From: Candidatus Bathyarchaeota archaeon
GTDB lineage: Archaea > Thermoproteota > Bathyarchaeia > TCS64
Length of the DNA stretch: 64,000 nt
Direction of reading: 5' to 3'
NCBI GenBank assembly: GCA_963771885.1
Contig: CAVYVF010000023.1
Location: forward strand, 768,001 to 832,000
Position 1 is the first letter of the stretch. The number at the start of each line of letters is the position of its first letter. Below, one piece after another: positions 11,078 through 21,014 of the stretch. Below the pieces are notes generated by a model. That model searched no databases, was not told where the DNA came from, and worked only from the letters and a program-made list of their open reading frames with translations. The translations under genes and the position numbers were made by a program.

Positions 11078-11980
11078 GCCGAGGAATCCGTCGGCCGCTG
11101 TCTTCATGTTAGCTAGGATTGGCTCGACGATTGCAGGCGGCGTGGGTGCGAACCCGCAGTCCGGGTGAATGTAGGCGATGGACTCCACGCCAACAAGTTC
11201 GGCTATCCTGCGGAGCCTGGCGAGCGCAACTTCCGGTTCCTCTAGGTAGGTGTTGGAGATGAAGCCGGCGCCTAGCCTCTTGCCCCCGGGGAGCCTTTTC
11301 TCAGCGATGGTCTCCAGGTTTCTCGCCTCCTGAGCCCTGCTAAAGCCGAAGCTAAGGACGTTGACGCTTAGCCCAATCAGGTCATCCCAGACCTTGCCTA
11401 CGTGGCCGCAGACGTGGAGGCTCACCTTCTCTCGGTCGATGGCGGAGTCGGGTAGCTGGGAGAGGAGCCTCTCCGTGTACTTGGGGGACTCGAACCTAGC
11501 AGATAATCCGGGCTCGTCTATCTGGAGGAGCGCCCCGACCTTAAGTGCCTCCTCGGCGAGGGGGGCTAGGGCGTCGGCGCAGTCGCCGTAGAGGGTGGGG
11601 TCGCGAAGCCCGGAGTAGCCGTTGATGCCCCCCATGGCGGCGGTCATGCCAAGTGTAACGGGGCCGGTGAGGGTTATCTTCGTCTTTACGCCGCCCCTGC
11701 CGGTTGAGGCTAGGTATGCCCTCATAGCAGAGTGGTCGACGAGCTTGTAGAAGCTGCGTGGATCATCCATCGGCTTAATCCTGCCAGATACCCTGAGGCC
11801 CCTGCTGCCCCTGTCAAAGCCTGTTATCTGCTCGAAGTAGGTGATCATGTCCGCCCTCTGCTCGCCGTCAGTGACGACCTCGACGCCGTGGCGTAGCTGC
11901 AGGTCCACAACGTCCCTTATGGCGACGTCGAGTGGCTTTTCACCCCGAGGGAAGCTGCCGATGGTGGTTCTCTCCAACAC
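11069..11980 (-). CDS. Core (single-domain) MetE-like methionine synthase
   Basis: TTIGSFPR, TDGEQR, TGPVTL, QIDEP, LHVCG, PDCGF; about 300 aa with no folate-binding domain. Confidence 0.8.
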   Translation of the reverse strand: MLERTTIGSFPRGEKPLDVAIRDVVDLQLRHGVEVVTDGEQRADMITYFEQITGFDRGSRGLRVSGRIKPMDDPRSFYKLVDHSAMRAYLASTGRGGVKTKITLTGPVTLGMTAAMGGINGYSGLRDPTLYGDCADALAPLAEEALKVGALLQIDEPGLSARFESPKYTERLLSQLPDSAIDREKVSLHVCGHVGKVWDDLIGLSVNVLSFGFSRAQEARNLETIAEKRLPGGKRLGAGFISNTYLEEPEVALARLRRIAELVGVESIAYIHPDCGFAPTPPAIVEPILANMKTAADGFLGSS

Positions 11981-12079
11981 TTTTCAGGGGATAGGGGGCG
12001 TTCCCCCTGTTTAAAATGCGCTCCGGGGTTATTCGTTTAATCTGAAGACTCCCGACCCTCCCACATGCGTGTGCGTCGC

Positions 12080-13155
12080 TCAGGTTAGCAGGTAGAATAG
12101 GATCACAGACGTCGGTATTAGATGGAACACGGCCGTGATTATTAGTGTCAGTCTCGGCGAGGCGGCCACTTTCTCAGCGGTCAGCCTGACTACCTTACTG
12201 AAGGGCACCAGCAGCGCCATGAAGATGGCTGCGCCGACGACGTTGATCGTCAGCTGGACGAGCCAGACCCCCATTGCCAGGGGGTTACCCGTCGCAAGGG
12301 CGGCTAGCAGGACGCTGAAGCATGTCCCGATGTTCGCCCCGAGGATGTAGGGGAGGATGTAGAAGTCGGCCAGGAGCACGCCGCTCGAGGCGAGGGGGAT
12401 TAGTAGCGACACCATGACAGTTGTGCTTGGGATGAGGAGGGTGAAGAGGAACCCAGCCGCGAAGGCCCTCAGGGGTTTTGAGAAGGTCGCCCTGATAAGG
12501 TTCCAGCTCCGGGGCATGTTGAATATCTCAGTCATGTACTTTTCTACGCCTGCGAGGGCGAGGAGGAGCATGCCGGCTCCGCCGATGAGGCCGCACCAAG
12601 CAGGGATGTATTGGAGCAGGAATGGTATCCACGGTGTCGCGGCGTCGAGTGTGTTCGGCACTGAGTTCAGCCACGAGGCGTCGACGAACATTGAGCTGCC
12701 TTGGTTCGCGATGTTTGTGAGGGTGCCGAAGAGTAGCTCAAGTGGGTAGAAGATTGCGAGGGTTCCGAGGTTGTAGAGGACGTGGGTTATGGTGACGTTG
12801 AACGTTGCCGTCTGGCGCTCCTTCCCCTGACCTGGTTAAGGACGGAGATGAGGAAGGGCGTTACCGTCGTCCCTATTTCGGCGCCTATAACGGTAGCGAC
12901 GGCGAGGCTGTAGGGCATTATACCGGAGGAGACGAAGGCGAGTACGATCGAGTCGAACCCCCCGCTGCTATGGAGGAGTGCTGCGCCTATCCAGCCCGCC
13001 GAGACGCCGCTCGTAACGTCCCTGATGAGGAGCACTATGCCCTCGGCGAGAAAGTCCCCGAGGCGCCCGGCGGAAGACTTAATCAGCACGATCGCGGAAA
13101 CGAAGAAATATAGCGATAGTAGCGACCCTGTGACGTGCCGTATTTTCGGGGGCAA
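12080..13155 (-). CDS. Na+/phosphate cotransporter family protein; frameshift near 12825
   Basis: Repeat motifs LHSS...GAEIGTT and IPSTT...GANIGT; adding one G to the AGGGGAAGG run fuses the two ORFs. Confidence 0.8.
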
Positions 13156-13308
13156 ACCACTCTTCTTAGTGCAATTGGGACGAGATTAAAACCTGAACTA
13201 TATAGACTATAGTGATTATATAGATGAAGCCGTTTTCCGGGGCGTGGGCTTAGCTTCTAAATCAATTTTGTTATAAACCTGTTCGATCACCCAGTACATA
13301 GATTACTT

Positions 13309-14124
13309 ATGATGACGAATTCACTGGTTGTGAATGTCCTTGTAGTGGCAGTCGCCCTGCTACTCGTGTTCGCAATATTTTACTCGTGGCAGCGGAGAAA
13401 GAAGCCTGCCGCATCTCCTCCCATGAAGCCTGTGCTCAAGAGTGCCGTGGTGGAGACGCCGAAACCAGAGCCGGTCCATCTATCTAAACCCGAGCCGGCT
13501 CCTCAACCAGAACCAGCGTCGGTTCCTCTACCTGAACCCGAGCCAGTCCCTCAACCAGAACCAGAGCCGGTAGCGGACGTAACGAAAGCGGAACCTGCCA
13601 AGATAATGTCTGAGGCCGTACCCCTAATCACAACAGTTGAAGCACAGGGAGTTGAAAACCCCGTTCTTGAGAAGGTGACAAAACCGAAGCCGCCGAAGCG
13701 TGCTACTGGTAAGAAGCAGGGTTTGAAGATCGCTGACATCGAGGGCATCGGTGAGAAGTACGCTGATACGCTTCACGCCGAAAACATTAGCTATACATCC
13801 GATCTACTCGCCGCCGGTGGGACCCCCCAGGGCAGACGAGAGTTATCCGAGAAGACCGGCATCTCGCATGACTTGATCCTTGAGTGGGTGAACCTCTCTG
13901 ACCTCTTCAGGATAAAGGGAATCGGTTCTGAGTATTCGGATCTCCTCGAGGAGGCGGGTGTTGACACAGTCGTCGAGCTGTCTCGCAGGAACGCTGAGAA
14001 CCTCCACGCGAAGATTCTGGAGGTGAATGAGGCGAAGAAGCTTGTAAGGCGCCCTCCGTCGCTCGCCGCGGTTCAGAGTTGGATAAGCGAGGCGAAGACG
14101 CTACCCCGCGCCGTAGAGTACTAG
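13309..14124 (+). CDS. DUF4332-type tandem helix-hairpin-helix protein with N-terminal TM helix and Pro/Glu linker
   Basis: DIEGIGEKYA, DLFRIKGIGSEYSDLLEEAGVDTVVELSRRN; N-terminal hydrophobic helix then QRRKK. Confidence 0.85.
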   Translation: MMTNSLVVNVLVVAVALLLVFAIFYSWQRRKKPAASPPMKPVLKSAVVETPKPEPVHLSKPEPAPQPEPASVPLPEPEPVPQPEPEPVADVTKAEPAKIMSEAVPLITTVEAQGVENPVLEKVTKPKPPKRATGKKQGLKIADIEGIGEKYADTLHAENISYTSDLLAAGGTPQGRRELSEKTGISHDLILEWVNLSDLFRIKGIGSEYSDLLEEAGVDTVVELSRRNAENLHAKILEVNEAKKLVRRPPSLAAVQSWISEAKTLPRAVEY

Positions 14125-15002
14125 TCTATCCCTGACTCTATTTTGTTTCCCGCCGCAGTGGCCCAGACCATGCGTGGCGTCGTGTGGCTGTGCCCCGTGT
14201 TGCCTCTGTTGTCGAGGGCGATCACTCCACCCGTTCCGGCGACGCGGTTCTTCATATAGGCAAGTGCATTGTCGGTTGCCTGCTGCACGGGTGTGCCCGC
14301 CTCGACGTAGTTGAGGACGAGCCGTGCGAGGTTGACCTTCATTATTGCCTCGCCGTGGCCTGTTGAGGAGGTGCCGCCGACTATATTGTCCGCGTAGCCG
14401 CCGCTGCCGATTATCGGGACGTCTCCGACCCTGCCAACGAGCTTGCCAGTCATGCCGCCCGTCGACGTGGCTGCGGCGATGTTGCCCTTGTGGTCGAGGG
14501 CGACGGCGCCGACGGTGTCGTGCCCCAATTTGGCCTTTTTCGCTGCAAGCCACTCTGTGAGCTCGCGGCGCGCCTCATCGGTGACAAGCTTTTCCTGGGG
14601 CAGCCTCTCGACGTGGTACTTTTCGGCGAGCCTGCGCGCCCCCTCGCCGATCATGAGTACGTGGGGCGTCCTCTCCATTACTAGGCGGGCGAGGTCGACG
14701 GGGTGCCGAACGTCGCGTAGCCCGGCGACGGAGCCTGCGCCGAGCGTCGCGCCGTCCATTATTAGGGCGTCCATCTCGACGGTGCCGTCCTCAGTGAGGA
14801 CTGAGCCTATGCCGGCGTCGAATGCGGGGTTGTCCTCGAGGGTGTTGACTGCGGCGACGACAGCGTCGAGGGCTGAGCCTCGCCCCTTGAGGGTGTTCCA
14901 ACCCTTACCGACGGCCTCCTCGACTCCGAGGATGTTCAGGTCGACTAGACGGTCGGGGATGTCCCATGCCCCGCCGTGGATGATGATTACAGGGTCGGTC
15001 AT
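14121..15002 (-). CDS. Isoaspartyl peptidase/L-asparaginase (Ntn hydrolase)
   Basis: IIIHGGA, EMDA, HDTVGAVA, ATSTGG, GRVGD, TGHGE. Confidence 0.93.
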   Translation of the reverse strand: MTDPVIIIHGGAWDIPDRLVDLNILGVEEAVGKGWNTLKGRGSALDAVVAAVNTLEDNPAFDAGIGSVLTEDGTVEMDALIMDGATLGAGSVAGLRDVRHPVDLARLVMERTPHVLMIGEGARRLAEKYHVERLPQEKLVTDEARRELTEWLAAKKAKLGHDTVGAVALDHKGNIAAATSTGGMTGKLVGRVGDVPIIGSGGYADNIVGGTSSTGHGEAIMKVNLARLVLNYVEAGTPVQQATDNALAYMKNRVAGTGGVIALDNRGNTGHSHTTPRMVWATAAGNKIESGID

Positions 15003-15047
15003 GTCTGAGTATCTAGAATGGGCTCGGGTAAAAATAGTATGGCGGGG

Positions 15048-16187
15048 CTACTTCGCCTTCTCCTTGAGGACGGAGTCAAGATCGCTGTACTCCATCTTCT
15101 GGCAGGCGGCGCCTTCCTTGTGGACGAACTTTCCGTCCACGATGTTCAGCCCCGTCCTCAGTACGTCGTTCTCCTTGACTGCCTTCGCCCACCCCTTGTT
15201 GGCGACGTCGCGCACGTACGGCAGGATGGCGTTTGACAGCGCCTGGGATGCGGTCCTCGGCACGGCGCCGGGGACGTTCGGTACGCCGTAGTGTATGATG
15301 CCGTCGATGGTTGTCGTCGGGTGGTCGTGGTGGGTCTCAACGCATGTCTCGATGGGGCCGTCGGGGTCGCAGCCGATGTCGACTATGACGGATCCCTTCT
15401 TCATCTTGGCGACAATCTCCTTCGTGACTATCCTCTTACGCGTCCTCAGTGGGTTGAAGAAGACGCCGTTGATGACGAGGTCGGCCTTGACGACTGACTC
15501 CTCTACGTTCCGCCTGTCGGAGACGAGCGTCGTGAGTTTGTTGCCGAACAAGTCGTTGAGTTCGTTGAGTCTGCGGACGTTGACGTCGAGGACAGTTACG
15601 TTTGCGCTGAGTCCGATCGCCGCCTTGATGGCGCCTGTGCCGACGGAGCCGCCGCCGATGATGACTACCTCGGCTGGCTTGCAGCCCGGCATTCTACCGA
15701 TCATGACCCCCTCGCCGCCGAGGTGGGTCTGGAGGTGGTAGGCACCCATTATGACGCCGTTGTGGCCCGCTATCTCGCTCATCGGGGCGAGCAGGGGTGT
15801 CAGGCCCCTCTCCTGGACGGTGTCGTAGCTGAATGCGGTGACCTTCGCCTTGATGAGTGCCTCGGCGAAGGCGCGCTTCGACCCGAGGAGCCCCTCTGTG
15901 AAGTGGAGGTAGGCCATGATGATGGTGCCCTCCTTGAGTAGGCTGTACTCCTTGGTTAGTACCTCCTTGACCTTGACGATGAGGTCGCAGCTGAATATCT
16001 TCTCGTGGCTAGCCTCAATCTCGGCTCCTGCTTGCTTGTATTCCTCATTGGAGTAGCCGCTGGCGACACCCGCGTCCTTCTCGACTACGACGCGGTGGCC
16101 GCCCTCCTTGAGTGCCTCAATTGCCTGTGGGGTGAGGGCCACGCGGTTCTCGCCCGACTTTACCTCGCTTGGGACTCCGATTATCAT
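15048..16187 (-). CDS. ald: Alanine dehydrogenase (bacterial type)
   Basis: GVPSEVK..ENRVA, KVKE, YLH, PLLAPMSEIAG, GGGSVG, VPNVPGAVPRTAS. Confidence 0.9.
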   Translation of the reverse strand: MIIGVPSEVKSGENRVALTPQAIEALKEGGHRVVVEKDAGVASGYSNEEYKQAGAEIEASHEKIFSCDLIVKVKEVLTKEYSLLKEGTIIMAYLHFTEGLLGSKRAFAEALIKAKVTAFSYDTVQERGLTPLLAPMSEIAGHNGVIMGAYHLQTHLGGEGVMIGRMPGCKPAEVVIIGGGSVGTGAIKAAIGLSANVTVLDVNVRRLNELNDLFGNKLTTLVSDRRNVEESVVKADLVINGVFFNPLRTRKRIVTKEIVAKMKKGSVIVDIGCDPDGPIETCVETHHDHPTTTIDGIIHYGVPNVPGAVPRTASQALSNAILPYVRDVANKGWAKAVKENDVLRTGLNIVDGKFVHKEGAACQKMEYSDLDSVLKEKAK

Positions 16188-16279
16188 GGCTTGTCAGTAT
16201 GGTCGGCGCATTGATTGGTATATAACCGTCGCGTGGAGTAGGGAAGAAAAGGAAAATTCGGGGGTATGAATGGGCGTCT

Positions 16280-17561
16280 TTACCACTTGATGTGTGGTGT
16301 CCAGTCGTAGGGCTTCGCCTTGGGGTGCTCGTCTTCGACGCGTGTGAGGAAGTTTATGCCGTAGACGCGTTCCCCGTTTTTGGGGGGTCCCTGCTTGGTG
16401 GCGGGGCAGCTGTAGGCGACGGCGAAGTCGAAGATGGGGTCGTCTGTGCAGCCGCCGGCGCGGACGCTGGGGATGGCGACTATGCCGTGGCTCTTGGCGT
16501 ATTCAATGGCTTCCTTGCTCTCAGTCATCGTCCCCACCTGATTGGGTTTGAAGATGAACGCCTCGCAGACCTTCATCTTCGCAGCCTTCTTGAGCATCTC
16601 GATGTTCGTCACTGTCAGATCGTCGCCGACAATCATCGTCTTGTTAAGGATCTTGTTCGCTTTCTTCCAGCCGTCCCAGTCGTTCTCCTCGAGGGGGTCC
16701 TCGACGTAGAGGAAGTGGTACTTGGTCGTCAGCTCCTTGAGGTAGCCTAGGAGGGCGTCGGCGTCGATGTTCTCGCCCATGAAGTCGTATGTGCCTTTCT
16801 CCCGGTCGTAGAATTCGCTGGCGGCGACGTCGGTGGCGAAGGCGACCTTGTCCTCGATGCCGAGGCGTCTTGCGGCCTCGTACATTAGGTCGAATGCGAC
16901 CGTTGGGTCCTGGCTTGGGGACTGCCATCCGGTTAGGCTGCCCGCCTTCGGTGCCTCGCCGTGCATGTAGTCCTTGATGACCGTTGGCGTGAGGGCGAAC
17001 AGCTGATACATTATGTGCACCGCCTCCTTGATGGACTCGGCCTTGTAGGGGACGACGGTGATCTCCTGGAAGGGCATGGAGCCCTTCTGGTAGCTGCCGC
17101 CGCTGATGCAGTTGACTGTTGGGAAGGGGATGGTTTTGACGGGGGTGGGGTTGAGGTGGGTGTAGAGGGGGACGTTCTCGGTGTTTGCCGCGGCGCGTAT
17201 GCAGGCGAGTGAGACGCTGCAGAGGGTGTTGCCGCCGAGCTTGGACTTGTTTGGCGTGCCGTCTAGGTCGATCATCGTCCTGTCGATGGCTTTTTGGTCA
17301 TGCACGTCCATGCCTCTGAGCTTGGGGGCAATGGTTCTGTGGACGATTTCGGCGGCCTTGTAGACGCTGAGGCCGTCGTACCACTTTGGGTCGTTGTCGC
17401 GTAGGACGTATGCCTCGTGTTCGCCGGCTGAGACGCCGGAGGGGGCTGAGCCGCGGCCGAGGACTCCTGCCTCGGTGACGACGTCTACCTCCAGCATCGG
17501 CTTGCCTTTTGCGTCGAGGATTCTGTCTCGCCTTCACGGATTTTATGCTCGTGTTCGCCAT
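16280..17561 (-). CDS. Divergent enolase-family protein; frameshift near 17522
   Basis: MANTSIKSVKARQ|ILDAKGKPMLEVDV (one extra A), APSGVSAG.HEA, DGTPNKSKLGGN, DVAASEFY, VEDP, VGDDL, KPNQVG. Confidence 0.85.
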
Positions 17562-17582
17562 GGTTTGCGCCACTTTCGCGAA

Positions 17583-18980
17583 CTAATCTTTTCCGGGGAT
17601 ATATAAGACGTTGAAGTCGCAGAGGTTGGTGCCCGTGTTGCCTGTGTAGACGGTGCAGCCGAGCTTTTGTAGTGCCTCGTGTGTGGCGTGTCCGCGGAGT
17701 GCTTCTTGGAGGTCGATTCCCGCGGCTGCTGCCTGCTTGTAGGTCTCGGAGTCTGTGATGCCGCCTGCGACGTTCGTTGTGCCGTCTGTGCCCTCGGTGT
17801 CGATTGAGAGCATGCAGGCGCCTGGGACCTCCCTGGCGACGATGGCGAAGCCCGTCACGAGCTCCTGTGAGGGGCCGCCGTGGCCCCTGATCTCTCTGTT
17901 GTCGGGGATGCGTGTTGAGGTCTCTCCGGCGGAGAAGATTAGGCAGGGGGGCTGTATGGGGCGGTGGAAGCGCTGCGCCTCCTTGGCGACGGCAGCGTGG
18001 AACATGCCCGCGTCCCTGCTCTCGCCTTCGAGGCTCGTGGTGAGTATCGTGTGGCGGATGCCCATCTCCTCCGCGGCTTCGGCGGCGTACTTGCACGAGT
18101 CGGATAGGATGTTGAGCATGAAGTAGGTGGCGCGCTTGATTGCCTTGGGCGTCTCCTGTGCCTCGGTGCCGTTGAAGATGTAGTTCTCAACGCTTTTCGG
18201 TAGTTTTCCGACTAGGCCGTGCTCCCTGATTATCCTCTTGGCGTCGTCGAAGGTTGAGTAGTCTGGGCCGATTGGTGTGCCGCGCATGGTTACTGGTTCG
18301 CCGTAGTCTTCGATGGGGGGCCAGTCGAGGGCGTCCCAGATGTTAATGCCGATCATCTCGGCGCCCCTCGCCTCGATGCGTTGTCCGAGGCGTCCCCTGT
18401 TCATCTGTGAGATGTGGCCTCGGACCGTGTTGATGTCCATGACGCGGATGTTCGACTTGAGCATCGTGTCGGTCGCTGCCATCTTCTCCTCTAGCGTGAT
18501 GCCGTCGACTGGGTAGGCGAGGAGAGCCGTGCTGCCTCCGCTCATGCAGAAGATGAAGAGGTCCTCGGGGCTGGACGAGTCGACGATATCCAGCATCCTC
18601 CTGCTACCCTTGACGCCTTCGTGGTTTGGCAGGGGGTGGCCGCCGATGAAGACCTCCGTGTTGGCGTAGTGGTCAGTCTCCTCGACGATCTTGACGGTGG
18701 CGACGCCGCGGGTCAAGCGGTTGCCGAGAATCTCATCCATAGCCATCGCCATGTGGTTCGCCGCCTTCCCTGCTGAGAAGACGTAGACGTGGCGATTGCG
18801 GGACAGGTTCCATCGTCGGTTGCCGACGTGGAGGATATCACCGTCGAGGCGAATGAAGGTCTTGAGTCGCTCGTAGGCGTCCAGTTGACGTAGCACCCTT
18901 TCGGTTATATCCAGTACTACGCGACGGGAGTCAGCTACACCGTGGGCGAGGAGTTCGTCTCTGTTGCGAATCTTCAACAT
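17583..18980 (-). CDS. Glycerate 2-kinase (DUF4147/MOFRL) family protein, divergent
   Basis: AGKAA..MA, GHPLP, SGGSTAL, AGET, GGPSQE, TGNTGTN. Confidence 0.88.
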   Translation of the reverse strand: MLKIRNRDELLAHGVADSRRVVLDITERVLRQLDAYERLKTFIRLDGDILHVGNRRWNLSRNRHVYVFSAGKAANHMAMAMDEILGNRLTRGVATVKIVEETDHYANTEVFIGGHPLPNHEGVKGSRRMLDIVDSSSPEDLFIFCMSGGSTALLAYPVDGITLEEKMAATDTMLKSNIRVMDINTVRGHISQMNRGRLGQRIEARGAEMIGINIWDALDWPPIEDYGEPVTMRGTPIGPDYSTFDDAKRIIREHGLVGKLPKSVENYIFNGTEAQETPKAIKRATYFMLNILSDSCKYAAEAAEEMGIRHTILTTSLEGESRDAGMFHAAVAKEAQRFHRPIQPPCLIFSAGETSTRIPDNREIRGHGGPSQELVTGFAIVAREVPGACMLSIDTEGTDGTTNVAGGITDSETYKQAAAAGIDLQEALRGHATHEALQKLGCTVYTGNTGTNLCDFNVLYIPGKD

Positions 18981-19092
18981 GCCTTCGCCCCCTTCGCCTC
19001 TCCCTGAGAGTACTCAATTATTAAACATGCGCGAAACCAACGCGGGGGCGGGGAGTCTTCTTTTCAAATAGGGGGGCGCCGCACAATACACG

Positions 19093-19932
19093 TTGTTCAG
19101 CCTGATGCTCGCTCCCATGGAGGGCTACACGGACGCCGCCCTCCGAACACTCTGCTATAGGCACGGCGCCGACCTGACTTTCACTGAGATGGTGCACGTG
19201 GGGAGCCTGCTGCGGGGCAACAAGCAGAGCCTGGGAAGGGTGGCTGCACACGACGCGACGCCTGTTCAGATTCAGTTGCTGGCGGTGAACGATGAGGAGC
19301 TGAAGGCATACGTCGAGGGCTTCACGCCGTTCCCCGGCTTCATGGGTTTCAACCTCAACATGAGCTGCCCGAGCCCCGACGTCATCCGCCAGGGGAAAGG
19401 CGCGGCGCTAGTCAAGAGGGCGGCGAAGGCTGGCAGGCTCGCCTCCATCATCAGGAGCCGCGGCTACCCGGTCTCGGTGAAGATGAGGCTCGGCATCAAC
19501 ACACGCGAGAAGGCGCTGAAGGTCTACCTGAACACCATCAAGAGCGTCGACGCCGACTTCTTCGTAGTCCACGCGAAGGCGGCGTCTCAGGGCTCCTCCG
19601 AGCCCGCCGACGACTCCGTCTACCCCGAATGCGTCGACGCAGCCGGCGGGAAGCCATTGATTGCGAACGGTGACATAGACTCCGCCGATGAGATTGAGCG
19701 GCTCCGCGGGGTGGGCGTCTCCGGCGTCATGCTGGGTAGGGCCGCGCTCAGAGAGCCATCCATCTTCGACGCGGTGAAAAACCAGCTCAATATCAACTCA
19801 CCGCCCAAACCTGTGCCCAGCCCAAGGGAGCTAATGGACGAGTACGATGAGCTATCGAATGCCCTCAGTGCCGATGGGTATCGGGCGGCATTCACCAAAG
19901 TGGTTGGTAGAGCTGGAAACGTCGTCTACTAG
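19093..19932 (+). CDS. tRNA-dihydrouridine synthase family protein
   Basis: LAPMEGYTD, TEMV, NLNMSCP, VSVKMRLG, IANGDI, GVMLGRAAL. Confidence 0.9.
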   Translation: MFSLMLAPMEGYTDAALRTLCYRHGADLTFTEMVHVGSLLRGNKQSLGRVAAHDATPVQIQLLAVNDEELKAYVEGFTPFPGFMGFNLNMSCPSPDVIRQGKGAALVKRAAKAGRLASIIRSRGYPVSVKMRLGINTREKALKVYLNTIKSVDADFFVVHAKAASQGSSEPADDSVYPECVDAAGGKPLIANGDIDSADEIERLRGVGVSGVMLGRAALREPSIFDAVKNQLNINSPPKPVPSPRELMDEYDELSNALSADGYRAAFTKVVGRAGNVVY

Positions 19933-20342
19933 AACCTGCGGGGCCTCGACCTGTAGTGCACGATCTCGGGCGGGGCCTTCTTCTTGACGACTGGCTCCTC
20001 CTCTTGCTCCACGGGGGCATCCTCTAGGCAGTGGTGAATGAGTGTCAGTATGTAGGGGGTGTTGTAGCCGAGCTCGCCCCTCATCTTCTGCTTCACACCG
20101 GCGACGCCGTCGACGTAGTCGTTGTAGAACTTCGCTAGCTTCTCGAACTCGGGGAATGTGATGGTCCTTATCCCCTTGATGCTCTTTCCCTCGATGAACA
20201 CCCTGTCTGAGACGCCGCGGGCGTAGAAGCTGCCCTCCCTTGGGGGTATAGCCCACGTCTCGAGCTCGATGGTCTTGCCCTTAAGCTCCGCCTGCAGCTT
20301 GTCCCAGCACTCTCTTATCTTCGTCTCTTGTAGGTGAATCAA
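19929..20342 (-). CDS. Hypothetical protein
   Basis: 137-aa ORF with genome-typical codon use; no motif recognised. Confidence 0.65.
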   Translation of the reverse strand: MIHLQETKIRECWDKLQAELKGKTIELETWAIPPREGSFYARGVSDRVFIEGKSIKGIRTITFPEFEKLAKFYNDYVDGVAGVKQKMRGELGYNTPYILTLIHHCLEDAPVEQEEEPVVKKKAPPEIVHYRSRPRRF

Positions 20343-20414
20343 ACGCTTAGTTAAGGGGAGTGGGGGTTAAAAACGTGTGCTTCCGCGCCGAATCAGCGGG
20401 GAGGCGCTGTCTGC

Positions 20415-20684
20415 CTAGTGCTTCTTCACGTAGGGCTCTATCTGGTTGTACTCCCCGCATTTGGGGCACTTGTAGACGGCCTGCGTGATCTGTCGGGGTT
20501 GGAGTGATCTCAGTATTACGTGGCCGCACTGCCCGCAGTTGTAGTCGAGGACGCCTTCGCCGACAACGAATGGCTCGAGCGCCGTATTGCCGGGCGAGCT
20601 CCCCTTGCTGAAGACGGTGACGTCGCTGGGTCTTGAGGGTAGAAGCCTCATCTTGAACGTGTTTTGAGTGTTCATAATCATCAT
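20415..20684 (-). CDS. Small zinc-ribbon protein (paralog of 63424..63669)
   Basis: YNCGQCGH...YKCPKCGEYN; aligns over its full length with the ORF at 63.4 kb. Confidence 0.8.
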   Translation of the reverse strand: MMIMNTQNTFKMRLLPSRPSDVTVFSKGSSPGNTALEPFVVGEGVLDYNCGQCGHVILRSLQPRQITQAVYKCPKCGEYNQIEPYVKKH

Positions 20685-20857
20685 TACTATAACCCGCTGG
20701 GGTTATTTTAACCATGTTAAAAATGGGTGGTTGAGTGAAAATAAATTTAATAATTTAGGCAAAAGTGAGGTGCACCTCCCCCGTGTCATTTGGGCATTAG
20801 CGTATCCTTAATAGAGTCGTCCCGTATCTAATGGAAAGCTAGTATGAGGTATTCTGT

Positions 20858-20917
20858 ATGAGAAAGATTGTTTTGCCAAAGAGCGATAGGAAGAAGAGAA
20901 AGCACCCGAAGGTCTAG
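20858..20917 (+). CDS. Putative 19-aa basic micropeptide
   Basis: GAGGT 7 nt before ATG; MRKIVLPKSDRKKRKHPKV*. Confidence 0.3.
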   Translation: MRKIVLPKSDRKKRKHPKV

Positions 20918-21014
20918 ACCTTTAGGGTTTGGCGTTCTGCTTACCGTTGGCTTCTTCGGCGTGGGTAACGGTCTGTGGCGCGTCTGGGGTGTAGGCACCC
21001 CCGAAAAATCGATT

